A stretch of DNA of 55,662 bases from a virus (taxonomy: Duplodnaviria; Caudoviricetes). The stretch spans positions 1 to 55,662 of IMG/VR virus record IMGVR_UViG_3300024261_000038; one strand, written 5' to 3'. Numbering within the stretch: position 1 is the stretch's first letter; the number at the start of each line of letters is the position of its first letter. Below, piece after piece: positions 19,644 through 29,123 of the stretch. The position numbers were made by a program, and so were the translations under genes. The notes beneath the pieces are model-generated. The model worked only from the letters and a program-made list of their open reading frames with translations, was not told where the DNA came from and ran no database searches.

Positions 19644-20390
19644 ATGAAAGATATTCAATTTGTTGCTCCCGACATTTATCTAAAAAATTTTGAAGACAGA
19701 CCTCAACTCTCTAATAATTTTTTACCTGATTGGTATAAAAAACTTAAACATCACCCTAACAGAACCACTATAAAAGGATGTAAACCTTTTGCAGATTCAA
19801 TGACCACTGGGTATATGCTAACTACACCTCAAGAGTTTTATCTTGAAATAACTGAAGTAGAGAAAGGTAAATTAGAAATATATGTAAAATCTTCTTTTGA
19901 AGATTTTTCTAATGACCCAAGGTTTAGTGAAATAAATATAAACGCTAATATGGGACGTCAGATACACCCTCCTCGTCAATTTGAAGGTTCACCACAATTA
20001 AAAAAAAATTTTAATTTCCCTGGTATGAAATTTCATAACCCTTGGAAAATATATACTCCTTCTGGCTATTCTTGTTTATTTACTCCACCTATAAATAGAG
20101 TTGATGATAGGTTTGAAATCATTAGTGGTATAGTAGATACGGATGCTTATAAAGAATATATTAACTTTCCTTTTATTTTAAAAAAAGACTATCTTTTAAA
20201 ACAAGTTAAAAACGGAAAGTATTTTTCTATTATTAAAAAAGGAACTCCATATTGTCAAATTATTCCTTTTAAAAGAGAGAGTTGGAAAATGAAAATAGAA
20301 GAAGGAGAACCTACTGTTTCTAGTAGTCTTCTTACAGAAAAATTTAATTATTATAGTAATAAAATCTGGAACCGAAAAAGTTATAAATAA
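19644..20390 (+). CDS. Conserved phage hypothetical protein (DUF6065-like)
   Basis: TIKGCKPFADSM, TPSGYSCLF, SGIVDTD and KGTPYCQIIPFKRE motifs. Confidence 0.55.
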   Translation: MKDIQFVAPDIYLKNFEDRPQLSNNFLPDWYKKLKHHPNRTTIKGCKPFADSMTTGYMLTTPQEFYLEITEVEKGKLEIYVKSSFEDFSNDPRFSEININANMGRQIHPPRQFEGSPQLKKNFNFPGMKFHNPWKIYTPSGYSCLFTPPINRVDDRFEIISGIVDTDAYKEYINFPFILKKDYLLKQVKNGKYFSIIKKGTPYCQIIPFKRESWKMKIEEGEPTVSSSLLTEKFNYYSNKIWNRKSYK

Positions 20391-20615
20391 TTATTCTTTA
20401 GTTAAATCAATTTTAGTGTTTTCGTCACTTAATCTGTTCTGATATTTTTCAGGAAGGTTCGTATTAAATGTAATAATTGTGTGTACAAAAGAGTCAATAA
20501 AACTTTTTGATGTATCAAAATTTAAAAAAACTTCTCCTTTAAAAAATATTTTAAGTCTTTCTTTCCAAGAAAAATCAAATTTAATATTACCTGGTTTTAG
20601 TTGTCTAATTTGCAT
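20391..20615 (-). CDS. Hypothetical protein
   Basis: 74 aa; last gene of the inverted cassette; stop codon abuts the opposing stop. Confidence 0.55.
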   Translation of the reverse strand: MQIRQLKPGNIKFDFSWKERLKIFFKGEVFLNFDTSKSFIDSFVHTIITFNTNLPEKYQNRLSDENTKIDLTKE

Positions 20616-20628
20616 ACCTTGTTATATA

Positions 20629-21231
20629 CTATATCTTTAAATTGTTCAATCTATCGTACATTCCAACTTCTCCTCTAAACCATGTGTTAAAAGATAAAGT
20701 AGTTCTTACTTTTTTACTTGGATTGGCAAGTACATCATGAGATAATTGAGAAGGAAAAATAATTAAATTACCTTGCTCTGCTTTTACAGTTAGTATTTCT
20801 TCTAAATAACAAGTTTCTTTTTCTTTTTCAAAAACAACTTGTTGCATGTCTTTGTTTGGACTATGAAAACGAGTTTCAGTATGCTCTCCGGTTATATAAT
20901 ATACTCCGCTATAAATACTATTAGGGTGTCGATGTAAGTGATGTCCTTCTCCAGGTTTACTCATTGTAAGCCACGATTGAGTTATATATAGTTCTATTCT
21001 TTTATCGTAACCTATTATATTGTGATGAAAGTTTTTTACATTATCTAATATAAACTTTTTTAGATTTTTTAAATTTTCTTGCTCTAGCCACATTTTATTT
21101 TTACTTGTATGATTTAATAAATTTTCAAGCGCTGCTACATTTTTAAAAGATTCTTTTTCATTATCATCCATTACGTATTTATCATCTGCTAAATATACAG
21201 GTTGTGAAAATAATTCTAATACTTTTGCCAT
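20629..21231 (-). CDS. 2OG-Fe(II) oxygenase-like protein (TIGR02466-like)
   Basis: SW...HHLHRHPNS...SGVYY...IFPSQLSHDV...RTTLSFN; start likely MAKVLELF. Confidence 0.75.
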   Translation of the reverse strand: MAKVLELFSQPVYLADDKYVMDDNEKESFKNVAALENLLNHTSKNKMWLEQENLKNLKKFILDNVKNFHHNIIGYDKRIELYITQSWLTMSKPGEGHHLHRHPNSIYSGVYYITGEHTETRFHSPNKDMQQVVFEKEKETCYLEEILTVKAEQGNLIIFPSQLSHDVLANPSKKVRTTLSFNTWFRGEVGMYDRLNNLKI

Positions 21232-21233
21232 AA

Positions 21234-21785
21234 TTAAAAACCCCAAGTTACAAATGAATAACGTGTTCCTTCTCTAATATTATTTACTCTATGAGGATAT
21301 AAAAAATTACTTGGAAATAATAAAATATCTCCTTGTTTTAATTCTACTTTATATTCTTTGTTAAACATAAACTCTCCCCCTTTATAGTCATCATTTAACA
21401 ATCCTACAACAGAAATAATTGGAATACCTTTATGCACTCCATCAAATATAGAATGAATATGATCAATATGACTATTCATATTAGTGCCTGTTACATACTT
21501 ATTAAATCTTATTTCACTAAAAGATTTAATCCAAGAATAGTCCCCAACGTGTTTTTTTCTATATTCCCTGCAACATTCAATAACTAATTTTTGTAAAGGA
21601 ACTCCTTCTTCTTTTGCGGACATAACTTCTAACTCTTCTTTATCTCTAGAACCTACTTCTTTTCCCGTTGTATCTGACCACGTGTGGGCTGACCATTCTC
21701 TTTGATTTAGTGAGCATATTAAATTATTACAAAAATCTTTATCCAAAACATTTTGGACTTCTATGTAATCATAAATTTGTTTCAT
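21234..21785 (-). CDS. 2OG-Fe(II) oxygenase (prolyl-hydroxylase-like)
   Basis: HID...LNDDYKGGEF...FPSNFLYPHRV...GTRYS: HxD...H...R signature. Confidence 0.85.
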   Translation of the reverse strand: MKQIYDYIEVQNVLDKDFCNNLICSLNQREWSAHTWSDTTGKEVGSRDKEELEVMSAKEEGVPLQKLVIECCREYRKKHVGDYSWIKSFSEIRFNKYVTGTNMNSHIDHIHSIFDGVHKGIPIISVVGLLNDDYKGGEFMFNKEYKVELKQGDILLFPSNFLYPHRVNNIREGTRYSFVTWGF

Positions 21786-23194
21786 ATTGATTCCTTAATA
21801 ACTTGGTCATGATCTATATATTCTTTTGAAAAACTAAACAACTCTTCGTGTTCCATTTCTGCAAAACTTTTTAAAACAGGAGAGGCGTTTAATTCTTTTT
21901 TAATATTCTCTGTATTAAACAAACCTAAAGCATGAAATAAAATTACCCAATTAGGAGCTTTAAACATATGCCAGCCCATATTAAAATCAGTATTTCTAAT
22001 CATTCTTATTTTTGCAATTTCCATTAGTTCTTGTACACCCTCCATTATGGGCAAGTTTTGCACATCTTTCCAAAATTCAGTATCTTGTCTTTTTGTAAGA
22101 TAATGTGCGTGTACAAATTCCATTAGATTTTCATATAAATATTCAGTGTGTTTATTAAAAGATTTTTTGTCTAAAGAAGGCAAAAATTGATTTAAACAAA
22201 AAGCTTGCTGTATAGTGCTTCCAATTGAAGTCGCTTCTAAAGGTTCAACAAATCCAGCGGACACTCCTATTGCTACAACATTTTTATACCAAAATGTTTT
22301 TACTCTACCTGCTTGAAATTTAAATGATTTTGCTATTTTTATCTTGTCACCATATAATTTTTGTATTTCTTCTAGTGCTTTATCCTCTGTTATATGACTT
22401 GAACTATAAACATATCCATTACCTAATCTATCTTGAGTAGGTGTTTTCCAATGCCAACCACTATTCATGGTTCTTGACAGAGTCCAAGCATTTCGTTTTT
22501 CTTCTTTTGGAGAAGGAAAAGCAAATGCACTATCTACAGGTAAATATTTTTGATAAGAAATATAAGGGACCTTTAAATGTTTTTTTAATAAGAATCCAAA
22601 AAACCCACTACAATCAATAAATAAATCAGCGTCATAATTTTGTTTCTGTCCTACTAAATGTTTTATCTCACCTAAATCGTTTTTAATAGCATCTTTAATA
22701 TCATCTTCAATAATGTTTATATTTTTCTCTATACATACTTTATTTAAAAAAGTATTTAATTTAAAAGTATCAAAATGAAATTGAAGAACTAAATTACTAT
22801 AATCTTGTTTTATGAATTTATTATCATAAAAATTTTGATAACACATATATTTTGCATTAATGTTTCTGGCTATTAAATTTGCATACAGATATAGGTAATC
22901 TCCAGCTTCTTTACTAAAATCTCCATTAACAGAATGAAGGAAAGGTTCTTTGGTCCAACCTTCAAACATAACACCTGATTTTAATGTAGCTCCAGTTTCT
23001 TTAAGTAAGTCTTTAAATTTAATCCCTACATAATTTGTAAACTCAGACCAATGTTCTGTGGACCCTTCTCCAACTCCTATGATACCTATTTTATCAGATT
23101 TAATAATATTTATATTATAATTAGGAAATTTTGTTTTTAAAATTAAAGCCGTTACTAACCCTGAAGTTCCAGCTCCTAAGATATTTATCTTCAT
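21782..23194 (-). CDS. Flavin-dependent tryptophan-halogenase-family protein
   Basis: GAGTSG FAD motif, IGVGEGS, ATLK, FIDCSGF, GWHWKTP (WxWxIP variant), GFVEPLEATSI. Confidence 0.85.
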   Translation of the reverse strand: MKINILGAGTSGLVTALILKTKFPNYNINIIKSDKIGIIGVGEGSTEHWSEFTNYVGIKFKDLLKETGATLKSGVMFEGWTKEPFLHSVNGDFSKEAGDYLYLYANLIARNINAKYMCYQNFYDNKFIKQDYSNLVLQFHFDTFKLNTFLNKVCIEKNINIIEDDIKDAIKNDLGEIKHLVGQKQNYDADLFIDCSGFFGFLLKKHLKVPYISYQKYLPVDSAFAFPSPKEEKRNAWTLSRTMNSGWHWKTPTQDRLGNGYVYSSSHITEDKALEEIQKLYGDKIKIAKSFKFQAGRVKTFWYKNVVAIGVSAGFVEPLEATSIGSTIQQAFCLNQFLPSLDKKSFNKHTEYLYENLMEFVHAHYLTKRQDTEFWKDVQNLPIMEGVQELMEIAKIRMIRNTDFNMGWHMFKAPNWVILFHALGLFNTENIKKELNASPVLKSFAEMEHEELFSFSKEYIDHDQVIKESI

Positions 23195-23724
23195 ACTTTT
23201 TTACTAAAGTCTAGATTATCCCATTTTTTTATTTGATCCATATTAAAAGCTAAACTGTATCTTTTATCTAAATCAGAACGGTTTACAAAATGTAGGAGGA
23301 TAGGGTCAAATAAAATATATCTACCTTTGATTGGATTAATTACTTTTTTTATTTCTTCAAAACTTGTTCCTGGGCCACCGGTTGTAAGATATAATAGTCC
23401 ACAAAAAGCAGAAGTTTGTATATGAGCATGATTATGTGTTGAATCTCCTTTATTCATTAACACTCCCCATGAATTTTCAATAATAAAAGAATGCTTATAA
23501 ATCTTTTTAATATCTGATTGAATCGATTTTAAAAAAAGGTGGAAGTCAGGATCTCCATTAAACCTTTTAAAAGAAGTCATATGTGGGACATTTGTTTTAA
23601 AACTTAATGTTGGATCAATATTGTATTTTATTTTTTCTATTAAACGATCACATAATTCCATATCTGTTATGTCACCAGAAACAATCTTGACTGTTTTTTC
23701 TATTTTAAATTCTAAATCTTGCAT
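23191..23724 (-). CDS. 2OG-Fe(II) oxygenase-like protein
   Basis: SW...HNHAH...LYL...GGPGT...LLHFV...RYSLAFN. Confidence 0.7.
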   Translation of the reverse strand: MQDLEFKIEKTVKIVSGDITDMELCDRLIEKIKYNIDPTLSFKTNVPHMTSFKRFNGDPDFHLFLKSIQSDIKKIYKHSFIIENSWGVLMNKGDSTHNHAHIQTSAFCGLLYLTTGGPGTSFEEIKKVINPIKGRYILFDPILLHFVNRSDLDKRYSLAFNMDQIKKWDNLDFSKKV

Positions 23725-24227
23725 TATACGTAGTTAATATTAATATTTAAACGCAAGTGTTTATCGGTACACGTTGTGCTTTGATGTAGTTTGCTAGTAT
23801 CAAAAAATACGGCCCTATTTTCAATACTTTCAATCTTAGTTCCGTCTTCTAGAATAGTATATCCATTGTTATTATTAATATGAAATATTAATCCTTTATG
23901 AGGAAAAGGATAATCTTGATGTTTTGCATGAGTATATTGAGTTTCAGTAGATGGATAACAATTTACTTTTGCTCTAATTATAGATGTGTGATCGATTCTA
24001 GTCATAATAGGTGTCAATAGCTTTTCAAAAAAATTACTTCGTATAGTATTTTCAAAATATAAAAAATGAACAAAATGATAGAGATCATCCTTTTTTAAAG
24101 ATCCATTGCCTTTTTTATAAAAATAAGACAGCTCAAAGGTTATGATTTTTTGTACTTCTTTAAAAATATCCAGAGGAAGGAAATTTTCGACTATTTTATA
24201 TTTATTGACCGCAGTAGCTTTCTTCAT
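23724..24227 (-). CDS. 2OG-Fe(II) oxygenase-like protein
   Basis: HQD...NNGYT...FDTSKLH...RLNININY; start likely MKKAT at 24227, as longer starts overlap the opposite gene. Confidence 0.7.
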   Translation of the reverse strand: MKKATAVNKYKIVENFLPLDIFKEVQKIITFELSYFYKKGNGSLKKDDLYHFVHFLYFENTIRSNFFEKLLTPIMTRIDHTSIIRAKVNCYPSTETQYTHAKHQDYPFPHKGLIFHINNNNGYTILEDGTKIESIENRAVFFDTSKLHQSTTCTDKHLRLNININYV

Positions 24228-24233
24228 TATAAT
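24205..24233 (+). promoter_or_regulatory. Sigma70-type promoter restarting the tail operon after the inverted cassette
   Basis: TTGACC-17 nt-TATAAT. Confidence 0.7.
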
Positions 24234-24261
24234 GAGGAATATTAACATAAAAAAGACTATC

Positions 24262-26439
24262 ATGCTACAAAAAATTGGATTCCAACCAGGCATCAATAAA
24301 CAAATATCAGAAACTACTGCTGAAGGACAATGGGTAGATTGTGATAATGTACGTTTTAGATATGGCACACCTGAAAAAATAGGTGGATGGAAACAGTTAG
24401 GAACAGATGATCTAACTGGAGCAGCCAGAGGACTACATCATTTTGTAAACAGCTTAGGTAGAAAGTACGCAATCATAGGTACAAACAGTATTTTATATGC
24501 ATATTCAGGTGGAGTATTCTACGACATACACCCCATAGATACTACAACTACTCTTAGTAATGCTTTCAGCACAACTAATGGATCTCCCACTGTTACTATA
24601 ACTTTTCCTTCTGCACATAATATGACAGATAATGATATTATTCTTTTAGATAATTTTACAACAATAACTAATTCTAATTTTAGTGCATCAGATTTTGACG
24701 ATAAAAAATTTATGGTAACATCGGTGCCTTCTACAACAACTATAACAATTACAATGCCATCAAATGAAACAGGTAGTGGTGCAACCACATCTGGAGGTAT
24801 TAGAATTCAACATTATTATACAGTAGGTCCATCTGTTCAAGGAAAAGGTTTTGGTTTTGGTTTAGGTTCTTGGAGTGGTCCTGCTGCAGGAGCAGTAACA
24901 ACAACTTTAGATGGAGCAATCAACGCTGCAGTAACTAGTATTACACTATCAGATGCTTCACAGTTTCCAGACAGTGGAACTAATTTTATTATAATAGGTT
25001 CAGAAGAAATTTCATACACAGGAGTTAGTAGTAATACTTTAACAGGGTGTACTAGAGGTGTAGCAGGAACAACAGCAGCATCTCACAGTGATGGAGATAC
25101 AGTTACAAACTCAACTGACTATGTTGCATGGGGAGAAGCAGCGTCAGGAGATTTAATTGTTGAACCGGGTATGTGGTCATTAGATAACTTTGGAGACAAA
25201 GCTATTTGTTTAATTCACAACAACGCTTGTTTTGAATGGGACTCTTCTTCATCAAATGCAACAGCAACTAGAGCTACAATTATATCAGGTGCACCAACAT
25301 CTTCACGTCATATGTTAGTATCTACTCCTGATAGACACTTAGTATTTTTTGGAACAGAAACAACTATTGGTGATCCATTAACACAAGATGAAATGTTTAT
25401 TAGATTCTCGGACCAAGAGGATATTAATACTTATACACCTACAGCAACCAATACAGCTGGTACACAGAGACTGGCCGACGGATCACGGATCATGGGAGCT
25501 ATTAGAGGTAGAGATGCAATTTATGTTTGGACTGATACTGCATTGTTCACTCAACGTTTTGTTGGTCAACCATTTACTTTTGCCTTTGCACAAGTTGGGA
25601 CCAACTGTGGACTTGTAGGACAGAATGCTTGTGTTGAAGTTGATGGTGCTGCGTACTGGATGTCAGAAAATGGTTTCTTTAGATTTGCTGGTAGACTAGA
25701 GTCTTTACCTTGTTTAGTAGAGGACTATGTTTATGATGATATAAATATAGAGTCAGGTAATCAAATGATATCTGCTGGATTAAATAATTTGTTTGGTGAA
25801 GTAATATGGTTTTACCCAACGTCTTCCTCAGCTGTTGTAAATAGAATGGTTTCATATAATTATTTTGATTCTTCTCCTCAAAGACCTGTATGGGCAAATG
25901 GATCTTTATCTAGAACTATGTGGAAAGACTCAGCAGTTTTTGGTAGTCCACATGCAACAGAATACGATGCAGGCACTGATAGTTCTTTTGATGTAGTTGG
26001 AAACACAGAAGGTATGACAACTTATTATGAACACGAAATTGGAACTGATCAAAATAAAAACGGAGTAATCACTGCAGTTACTGCAAACATTTCGTCAGGA
26101 GATTTTGATATAACACAAGCAAGATCTGCTCAAGGAACTCAAACAGGTATTGCAACTTTTAAAGGAGATGGTGAATATTTAATGAAAATAAGAAGATTTG
26201 TACCTGACTTCATATCACAAACAGGAACTACTAGAGTTACATTACAATTAAAAAACTATCCTAATGATTCACAAACTGGTTCACCACTTGGACCTTTTGA
26301 TATAACAACCTCTACTACAAAAGTAGACACACGTGCAAGAGCAAGATCAATTGCTATGAAAATAGAAAACACAGCAGCTAGTCAAAGTTGGAAACTAGGT
26401 ACTTTTAGATTAGATACACAACCGGATGGTAGAAGATAA
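24262..26439 (+). CDS. Tail nozzle / tail tubular B-like (DNA stabilisation) protein
   Basis: MLQKIGFQPGINK start, WVDCDNVRFR, IRFSDQED and C-terminal PDGRR; beta-propeller-like. Confidence 0.65.
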   Translation: MLQKIGFQPGINKQISETTAEGQWVDCDNVRFRYGTPEKIGGWKQLGTDDLTGAARGLHHFVNSLGRKYAIIGTNSILYAYSGGVFYDIHPIDTTTTLSNAFSTTNGSPTVTITFPSAHNMTDNDIILLDNFTTITNSNFSASDFDDKKFMVTSVPSTTTITITMPSNETGSGATTSGGIRIQHYYTVGPSVQGKGFGFGLGSWSGPAAGAVTTTLDGAINAAVTSITLSDASQFPDSGTNFIIIGSEEISYTGVSSNTLTGCTRGVAGTTAASHSDGDTVTNSTDYVAWGEAASGDLIVEPGMWSLDNFGDKAICLIHNNACFEWDSSSSNATATRATIISGAPTSSRHMLVSTPDRHLVFFGTETTIGDPLTQDEMFIRFSDQEDINTYTPTATNTAGTQRLADGSRIMGAIRGRDAIYVWTDTALFTQRFVGQPFTFAFAQVGTNCGLVGQNACVEVDGAAYWMSENGFFRFAGRLESLPCLVEDYVYDDINIESGNQMISAGLNNLFGEVIWFYPTSSSAVVNRMVSYNYFDSSPQRPVWANGSLSRTMWKDSAVFGSPHATEYDAGTDSSFDVVGNTEGMTTYYEHEIGTDQNKNGVITAVTANISSGDFDITQARSAQGTQTGIATFKGDGEYLMKIRRFVPDFISQTGTTRVTLQLKNYPNDSQTGSPLGPFDITTSTTKVDTRARARSIAMKIENTAASQSWKLGTFRLDTQPDGRR

Positions 26440-26603
26440 TGGCAAAAATTGTACAAGTAATTACAAGACCTGAACGAGATTATACTATAGAAACAGCAGA
26501 AGCTCAAGTAAGAGATCTTGATGCAATTGTAGAAAAACTAAACTCAACGTTTCAAGCAGACTTAAAAGATGAGATTGATGCGTTTAACTTTTTTGTAAAC
26601 TAA
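26439..26603 (+). CDS. Small helical virion protein (54 aa, not in ORF track)
   Basis: MAKIVQVITRPERDY...FNFFVN; TAATG coupling. Confidence 0.6.
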   Translation: MAKIVQVITRPERDYTIETAEAQVRDLDAIVEKLNSTFQADLKDEIDAFNFFVN

Positions 26604-26604
26604 T

Positions 26605-26934
26605 ATGGCAAATCAATATAAATTTATAGGTATAGATAATAGTACAACAGGTGGAGCACTTACACCATTAGGATCTGGTAATCCTTTAGTAAGTGAAACA
26701 TATGTTATTAAATCTATACTTGTTACATCAGCAGGTACACCTACAGTCACAATTACAAACAACAGTATTACAGCTTTAAAATCTGCAGCTTTAACTGCAA
26801 ACGTTACAACAGAATTATTAACTCAACCGCTAATAGTAGAAGGTGGTAAGTCTTTTACAGTGTTATCAAGCACATCAGATTCCTTTGATGTAGCTATTAG
26901 CTATCTAAACATTAAGAAAGAGGTAACAACATAA
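26605..26934 (+). CDS. Putative structural protein
   Basis: 109 aa, beta-rich; similar in character to the ORF at 18086. Confidence 0.55.
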   Translation: MANQYKFIGIDNSTTGGALTPLGSGNPLVSETYVIKSILVTSAGTPTVTITNNSITALKSAALTANVTTELLTQPLIVEGGKSFTVLSSTSDSFDVAISYLNIKKEVTT

Positions 26935-27104
26935 TGCTAGAACTACGACCAGATACGATAATAGAAAAAATAACTAACAAAAAAACAGGCGAAGAATACA
27001 AGAATGACAAGGAATGGAGAGATAAAGGTATATCTCCAGAAGATATTAGAAGAGATGTAACTCTTTTAATGCCTAGTCTTGATATTTTCGGAAAAACAAA
27101 ATAG
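26934..27104 (+). CDS. Small hypothetical protein (56 aa, not in ORF track)
   Basis: MLELRPDTIIEKITNKKTGEEY...; GAGG RBS and TAATG coupling. Confidence 0.6.
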   Translation: MLELRPDTIIEKITNKKTGEEYKNDKEWRDKGISPEDIRRDVTLLMPSLDIFGKTK

Positions 27105-27107
27105 AAT
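27079..27107 (+). promoter_or_regulatory. Sigma70-type promoter, probably leaderless
   Basis: TTGATA-17 nt-TAGAAT-6 nt-ATG(27114); no SD. Confidence 0.55.
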
Positions 27108-27113
27108 AGTAAA

Positions 27114-29123
27114 ATGGCCATAACAAACGCACAGCAATACAAACAATTACTAGCACAAGGTGGACGTATAGGACTCAAAGGTGGAGCGGATGCTTCTACA
27201 TTTAATTCAAAAAGAGAGAAACGAATTACACCAAACGTTACTGCTGGTGGCGCTAGTTTCAACAAAATGGAACCAGGTCCTACTAAAAAACAGCGAAGAG
27301 ATGAAGCTATAAAGATGCAAGGTGGTAACGCCGATATAAATAAATTTATAGCAACAAGAAACTATCCTAAAATGAAATTGGGAGTATTTGATATACTTAC
27401 TGATGGCAAAGCTACTAAAAAATTTGTAGATTTTTCTTCAGCAATAAACAGACCTTATTTTATTAACGAAGTAATTAGAGCAGGTAGAATCCCTGGTTTA
27501 AATTATGGAACTCTTGCTGATATGTCTCAAGACGAATTAGAAGAACACTATAAAGAATATAATAGAGCTAGATTAAGTAATGAAATAGATGCTTACGGTA
27601 ATCCTATAATGGGTGGGGATGGAATGTATAGTGATGGTGCTGTTCTTCCTAAAGAAGGTATCCTGACTGCTGATGCAGCGGATGCTATAGACCCAATAGA
27701 AGATGAAGATCAAATTAATTACAGACTCTTAGCTGATGGTGGTAGAGCTGCGTTTGCAGATGGTTCTACGTATGACGAAGCTGGATTAAATGAAGTCAAG
27801 TCTACTAAACAAGACAGAATGATAATAGGAGGACAAGGAGATGACGAACCAAAAGGTTTTATAAAACCAAAAGGTCCACCTATGGGACAAGGTAGCGACA
27901 AAATTAGAAATAACCCAAATTTATTTGGAAATATGAGACTAGCTAATAATAATCTTTTTGATAAAAAAATGTTAGAGCAGTTAGGATTAATAAATGATGA
28001 AAATGAGGATATGAAAGTGGCAGGACTTAACCAAGAGCAAGTTGATTACTTAAATCAAGTAGGTAATAAAGTTATAAACGTATCTCCTGAAGGAGGAAGT
28101 CTTTTTACTTATGACAGTCCAACAAATATAAAAAAACAAATAGAAAAATTAAATCCAGAATCAGATAGTTTATGGTTTACAGGTTTTAGTTTTGACCCAG
28201 ATAAAATTGTAGAGGGAGATAAAGGCACATATGCCACTGATCAAGATGTAAAAAACTATATGAAAAGTAATTTTCCAAAATTAACAACAGATGGTAGAAA
28301 AATAGGATTAGCAGAAGGTGGCATGCCTTACGAAGGTGGGATCATGGATCTTGAAACATCAAGACAACAATATGGTCTAGGTAAACTTGTTAGAAAAATT
28401 ACACGTGGTGTTAAGAAGATAGCTAAGTCTCCAATAGGTAAAGCTGCATTAGCTTTTGGTGCATATAAATTGGGTGGTGCATTTTTAAAAAATAAAGGAA
28501 TTATGGGTTCAATATTTGGTCAAGCAGGATCAAGAGTTGGACAATCTTTTGTCCCTTTCAAAGAAGGGTTTCTTCCTTCATTAGGTTTAACAAAAGGTGG
28601 TGGGTCTATGATGCCAACAGCTTTAGGTGGCATAGGTTTAACATCATTAGCATCATATTTCATGACACCTGAAGAAGAGGATAATGATGAAATATTATAT
28701 GCTGGAGCAGACCTAAGTGCTAGTCCTAAATATATTATGGCAAATAATCGTGATTTTACTAATACAAGACTTTTAGCTGAAGGTGGATCTACAGAAGAAA
28801 AAGAACCGGTAGCTAAAAAGACTATGCCTCTATTAGATATGGATGGTCAAGAAATGGATTTAAGAGCTGAAGGTGGATTTGTACCATTAGGTAGAATGGA
28901 AAAAGCAGATGACGTACCTGCAAGACTATCTAAGAATGAATTTGTATTTACGGCTGAGGCTGTAAGAAATGCAGGTGAAGGAGATGTAGACAAAGGCGCA
29001 GAAGTTATGTATAACATGATGAAGAACTTAGAATCCGGAGGTGAAGTTTCAGAAGAATCTCAAGGGTTGGAAGGCGCTAGAGAAATGTTTCAAACATCAC
29101 AAAGATTAGAGGAAGTAATATAA
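27114..29123 (+). CDS. Modular internal virion protein with multiple xxGG motifs and a C-terminal tape-measure-type EFV domain
   Basis: LAQGGRIG, LADGGRAA, LAEGG (x2), RAEGG, LESGG; C-terminal ADDVPARLSKNEFVFTAEAV. Confidence 0.65.
   Translation: MAITNAQQYKQLLAQGGRIGLKGGADASTFNSKREKRITPNVTAGGASFNKMEPGPTKKQRRDEAIKMQGGNADINKFIATRNYPKMKLGVFDILTDGKATKKFVDFSSAINRPYFINEVIRAGRIPGLNYGTLADMSQDELEEHYKEYNRARLSNEIDAYGNPIMGGDGMYSDGAVLPKEGILTADAADAIDPIEDEDQINYRLLADGGRAAFADGSTYDEAGLNEVKSTKQDRMIIGGQGDDEPKGFIKPKGPPMGQGSDKIRNNPNLFGNMRLANNNLFDKKMLEQLGLINDENEDMKVAGLNQEQVDYLNQVGNKVINVSPEGGSLFTYDSPTNIKKQIEKLNPESDSLWFTGFSFDPDKIVEGDKGTYATDQDVKNYMKSNFPKLTTDGRKIGLAEGGMPYEGGIMDLETSRQQYGLGKLVRKITRGVKKIAKSPIGKAALAFGAYKLGGAFLKNKGIMGSIFGQAGSRVGQSFVPFKEGFLPSLGLTKGGGSMMPTALGGIGLTSLASYFMTPEEEDNDEILYAGADLSASPKYIMANNRDFTNTRLLAEGGSTEEKEPVAKKTMPLLDMDGQEMDLRAEGGFVPLGRMEKADDVPARLSKNEFVFTAEAVRNAGEGDVDKGAEVMYNMMKNLESGGEVSEESQGLEGAREMFQTSQRLEEVI

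Noticed and set aside
24142-24368. Long bidirectional overlap between the tail gene and the oxygenase
   Set aside because: Downstream starts at 24262 (+) and 24227 (-) remove the overlap and leave room for a promoter
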